A DNA stretch of 64,000 nt from an uncultured Candidatus Saccharibacteria bacterium (GTDB lineage: Bacteria; Patescibacteriota; Doudnabacteria; UBA920), in contig CAZVXT010000002.1 in NCBI GenBank assembly GCA_964631145.1, forward strand, positions 1,140 to 65,139. The letters run 5' to 3'. Position numbers and translations under genes: made by a program. The first letter of the stretch is position 1; each line of letters opens with the position of its first letter. Of this stretch, positions 61,590 through 64,000 are shown piece by piece. The notes beneath the pieces are model-generated. The model had not been told where the DNA came from. It ran no database searches and was given only the letters and a program-made list of their open reading frames with translations.

Positions 61590-63434
61590 ATGGGACTATT
61601 TTCATTAAATCAAACTGATTTAGATAAAAAAAAGGCGGAGTTAGCCAATTTAAAAGGGCAAATTTCTGCTGATCAAAAATTATCTGAAGTTGAAAAAGAA
61701 TATCAGGAAGGTATTACACAGCTTCAAGATTTGTTAGCCCCAGCTTCTTTAAAGTTTACTGGTTCTTCTTTCGAATTAAACGGTAAGTTTGGACGCAGCT
61801 TTTTTACTTTGGCTTATCCTAGATTTTTATCTTCCAATTGGCTTTCATTTATTATAAATTCTGAAAGTGCTTTAGATGTATCTATGTTTATCTACCCAAT
61901 AGATTCTGAGATTGTTTTAAAAAAGCTAAAGTCAAAAGTTGGAGAGATTGGCTCGCAGATCATGATTGAGCAAGAAAAAGGGTTGGCTCGCAACCCGATG
62001 TTGGAAACTGCTTATCATGATGTTGAGGATTTACGTGACCAATTACAGCAAGGTACCGAGCATTTCTTTAGATTTGGATTGTATTTTACTTTGTATTCCG
62101 ATAGTTTGGAAGAATTAGATAAGAACTCAAAAATATTAGAAAGCGCCCTTGGGGCTAAGTTAGTTGTAACTAAGAGAGCAATGCTTGCAATTGAACCAGG
62201 CTTTAATTCAACATTGCCTTTAGGACTTGATCAGCTAAATGTTGCAAACAACCTCAATACAAGTCCTTTATCAACGACATTTCCTTTTGTATCTTCTGAT
62301 TTAACTGGTAATGATGGTATTTTGTATGGAGTTAACAGGCATAATAATAGTTTAATTTTGTTTGATCGTTTTCAGATGGAAAATGCTAATTTTGTGGTTT
62401 TTGCTAAGTCCGGTGCAGGAAAAAGTTATGCTGTAAAACTAGAAATTTTGCGATCTTTAATGTTAGGTATAGAAATTATTGTCATAGATCCAGAAAATGA
62501 ATATCAGCATTTAGCCGAAGCTGTAGGTGGTACTTATATAAATATATCTTTAAATTCTGATTTTCGTGTTAATCCATTTGATTTGCCAATCGGTATTGCG
62601 GATGAAGACCCTGCAGATACTTTACGAAGTTCTGTAATTAACTTGATGGGCTTGATGGGGCTTGTATTGGGTAAGCTTGATCCTTCAGAGGAAGCAATTT
62701 TAGATAAAGCTATTTGGCAAACTTATGCTAAAAAAGATATTACCGAAAATACTGATTTTAGAAGTGCAGAAATGCCAATTATGAGCGATTTAATTGAAGT
62801 GCTTTCAGGTATGGTAGGTGGAGAAAGTTTGGCTCTTAGATTAGGTAAATTTACTGAAGGGACTTTTTCTGGATTGCTAAATCAACAAACCAACGTGGTT
62901 TTGCAAAATCAACTTTTGGTCTTTTCTATTAGAGATCTTGAAGATCAACTTCGTCCAATAGCTATGTATATTATTTTAGGACATATTTGGAATGTTGTTA
63001 GAAGTGAGCTTAAAAAGCGTATTTTGGTTTTGGATGAAGCCTGGTTGATGATGCAGCATGAAGATAGCGCTCGTTTTGTTTTTGGTATCGCCAAGCGTGC
63101 ACGTAAATACTACCTAGGTTTAACAACTATTACTCAGGATGTGGCGGATTTTATGGCTAGTCCATATGGAAAACCTATTGTTACCAACTCATCCATACAG
63201 CTATTATTGAAGCAAAGCCCTGCGGCAATTGATGTTGTTGCAGAAACCTTCTTTTTGACTGAAGGTGAAAAATATTTATTACTCGAGAGTGATGTTGGTG
63301 AAGGGATATTTTTTGCTGGATTAAAGCACGCAGCAATAAAAATTTATGCTTCTTATGTCGAAGATCAAATTATTACTACTGATCCAAAACAATTATTAGA
63401 AATAGAAGCCAGTAAAGAAGACTTTAATAATTAG
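61590..63434 (+). CDS. VirB4/TrbE/CagE-family type IV secretion ATPase (C-terminal 614 aa).
   Basis: The Walker A is 'FVVFAKSGAGKSYAV' and the Walker B is 'RILVLDEAWLMM'. 'TITQDVADF' and a CagE_TrbE_VirB-like region lie upstream. Confidence 0.85.
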   Translation: MGLFSLNQTDLDKKKAELANLKGQISADQKLSEVEKEYQEGITQLQDLLAPASLKFTGSSFELNGKFGRSFFTLAYPRFLSSNWLSFIINSESALDVSMFIYPIDSEIVLKKLKSKVGEIGSQIMIEQEKGLARNPMLETAYHDVEDLRDQLQQGTEHFFRFGLYFTLYSDSLEELDKNSKILESALGAKLVVTKRAMLAIEPGFNSTLPLGLDQLNVANNLNTSPLSTTFPFVSSDLTGNDGILYGVNRHNNSLILFDRFQMENANFVVFAKSGAGKSYAVKLEILRSLMLGIEIIVIDPENEYQHLAEAVGGTYINISLNSDFRVNPFDLPIGIADEDPADTLRSSVINLMGLMGLVLGKLDPSEEAILDKAIWQTYAKKDITENTDFRSAEMPIMSDLIEVLSGMVGGESLALRLGKFTEGTFSGLLNQQTNVVLQNQLLVFSIRDLEDQLRPIAMYIILGHIWNVVRSELKKRILVLDEAWLMMQHEDSARFVFGIAKRARKYYLGLTTITQDVADFMASPYGKPIVTNSSIQLLLKQSPAAIDVVAETFFLTEGEKYLLLESDVGEGIFFAGLKHAAIKIYASYVEDQIITTDPKQLLEIEASKEDFNN

Positions 63435-63442
63435 TTATCAAA

Positions 63443-64000
63443 ATGTCAATTGAGGATAATAATGCAATAACTGATAATTCTGTGGTAGAATCTCCAAATA
63501 ATTCTGGAGATTCTTTTGTAGACGACTCTGTAGATTTAATAGATAATCAACCTTCTGGACAGAAGGGGTTTTATGATATTGATACACAAAATCCAAGTAA
63601 GTGGGATATGGCTAAAGCTGCCGCATTTAGAAAGACTAGGCAAAAGTTGATGCGTGCTCCTATGGAGAAATTAGGAGAACAAGTGTTGGGTGATAAGTCA
63701 GGATTTTTGGATGGGCGCGAAACCCCCAGAGAAAAAGCTAAGGAGATTGCTCGTCAAAAAGCCCGTGATTTTGCTAAAAATAAACTAGCAAACAAAATTG
63801 GTAATGAGGGGATTAAAAAAGGTTTAGAAAAAGGATTATCTAAAGGAGCAAGTAAGTTAGCTAAAGATGGGGCAAAAAAACTTGGGAAGGAAGCTGGTAA
63901 AAAAGTTGCAGAAGAAGGCGTAAAGATGGCTGCTAAAGGTACTGCTCAGGCAGCTACCAAAGGGCTTCAAAGCATTATTTCTGGAGCAGCGGTTGCTTCT
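63443..64000 (+). CDS. Hypothetical protein, 5' part only. It has an acidic N-terminus and a Lys/Ala/Gly-rich repeat region, and runs off the window.
   Basis: It is open from ATG 63443 to the window end. The product begins MSIEDNNAITDNSVVESP... and continues ...KGLEKGLSKGASKLAKDGAKKLGKEAGKK... Confidence 0.4.
   Translation, partial: MSIEDNNAITDNSVVESPNNSGDSFVDDSVDLIDNQPSGQKGFYDIDTQNPSKWDMAKAAAFRKTRQKLMRAPMEKLGEQVLGDKSGFLDGRETPREKAKEIARQKARDFAKNKLANKIGNEGIKKGLEKGLSKGASKLAKDGAKKLGKEAGKKVAEEGVKMAAKGTAQAATKGLQSIISGAAVAS

Larger units (their letters stand above)
51207..64000 (+). other. Gram-positive-type T4SS-like (conjugation/effector translocation) gene cluster; an operon of ≥11 tightly spaced genes.
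   Basis: Intergenic gaps are 1-50 nt throughout. It holds VirB6-like, PrgI/VirB3-like and VirB4 components. No relaxase or VirD4 lies within the window. Confidence 0.6.

Noticed and set aside
1-64000. CRISPR arrays, rRNA genes, retron/DGR reverse transcriptases.
   Set aside because: I scanned for regularly spaced short direct repeats and for RT motifs (YxDD) in the ORF set and saw none. The only repeats found are those listed (two-copy elements and inverted repeats).

Overview
This 64-kb window is low-GC bacterial DNA with Gram-positive/CPR-like (Saccharibacteria-like) gene content. Genes are densely packed, Shine-Dalgarno usage is weak, and type IV pilins occur alongside a Gram-positive-type type IV secretion system (T4SS).

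Left end, 1..~6942: a phage/satellite-like integrative element inserted at the 3' end of tRNA-Asn(GTT). It carries two beta-class DNA methyltransferases, an excisionase-like HTH protein, a promoter/terminator-bounded GC-rich structured RNA candidate, two unrecognised cargo genes, an HTH replication-initiator-like protein and a small TerS-like protein. Its large serine recombinase gene ends inside the tRNA.

Core region, 7068..50383:
- A cluster of three large prepilin-like (type IV pilus/pseudopilin) proteins plus two small anchored proteins.
- Glycerate kinase and hydroxypyruvate reductase.
- nrdR, nrdA and nrdB, with an NrdR box upstream of nrdR and a nested palindrome between nrdA and nrdB.
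- murI, a PaaX/Cas2-like regulator, infC-rpmI-rplT, and an NRAMP-family transporter with a non-canonical metal site.
- tmRNA (ssrA) with an adjacent GC-rich island-like gene, and smpB.
- A SpoT-like HD hydrolase, an MFS transporter, argS, ileS, recO, a LysM-CHAP hydrolase, uvrD/pcrA and rsmA.

Right end, ~51.2..64 kb: a tightly packed operon encoding a Gram-positive-type T4SS-like apparatus. It includes secreted/anchored proteins, a 1372-aa VirB6-like polytopic giant, a PrgI/VirB3-like protein, and a VirB4 ATPase that appears split into two ORFs. The window ends mid-operon.

Other observations: a conserved ~85-nt structured element present twice with a covarying outer stem; direct repeats flanking a small gene; an in-frame TAA-interrupted secreted-protein gene; GC-rich anomalous blocks; and small ORFs with perfect SD sequences. 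No CRISPR array and no rRNA were seen.
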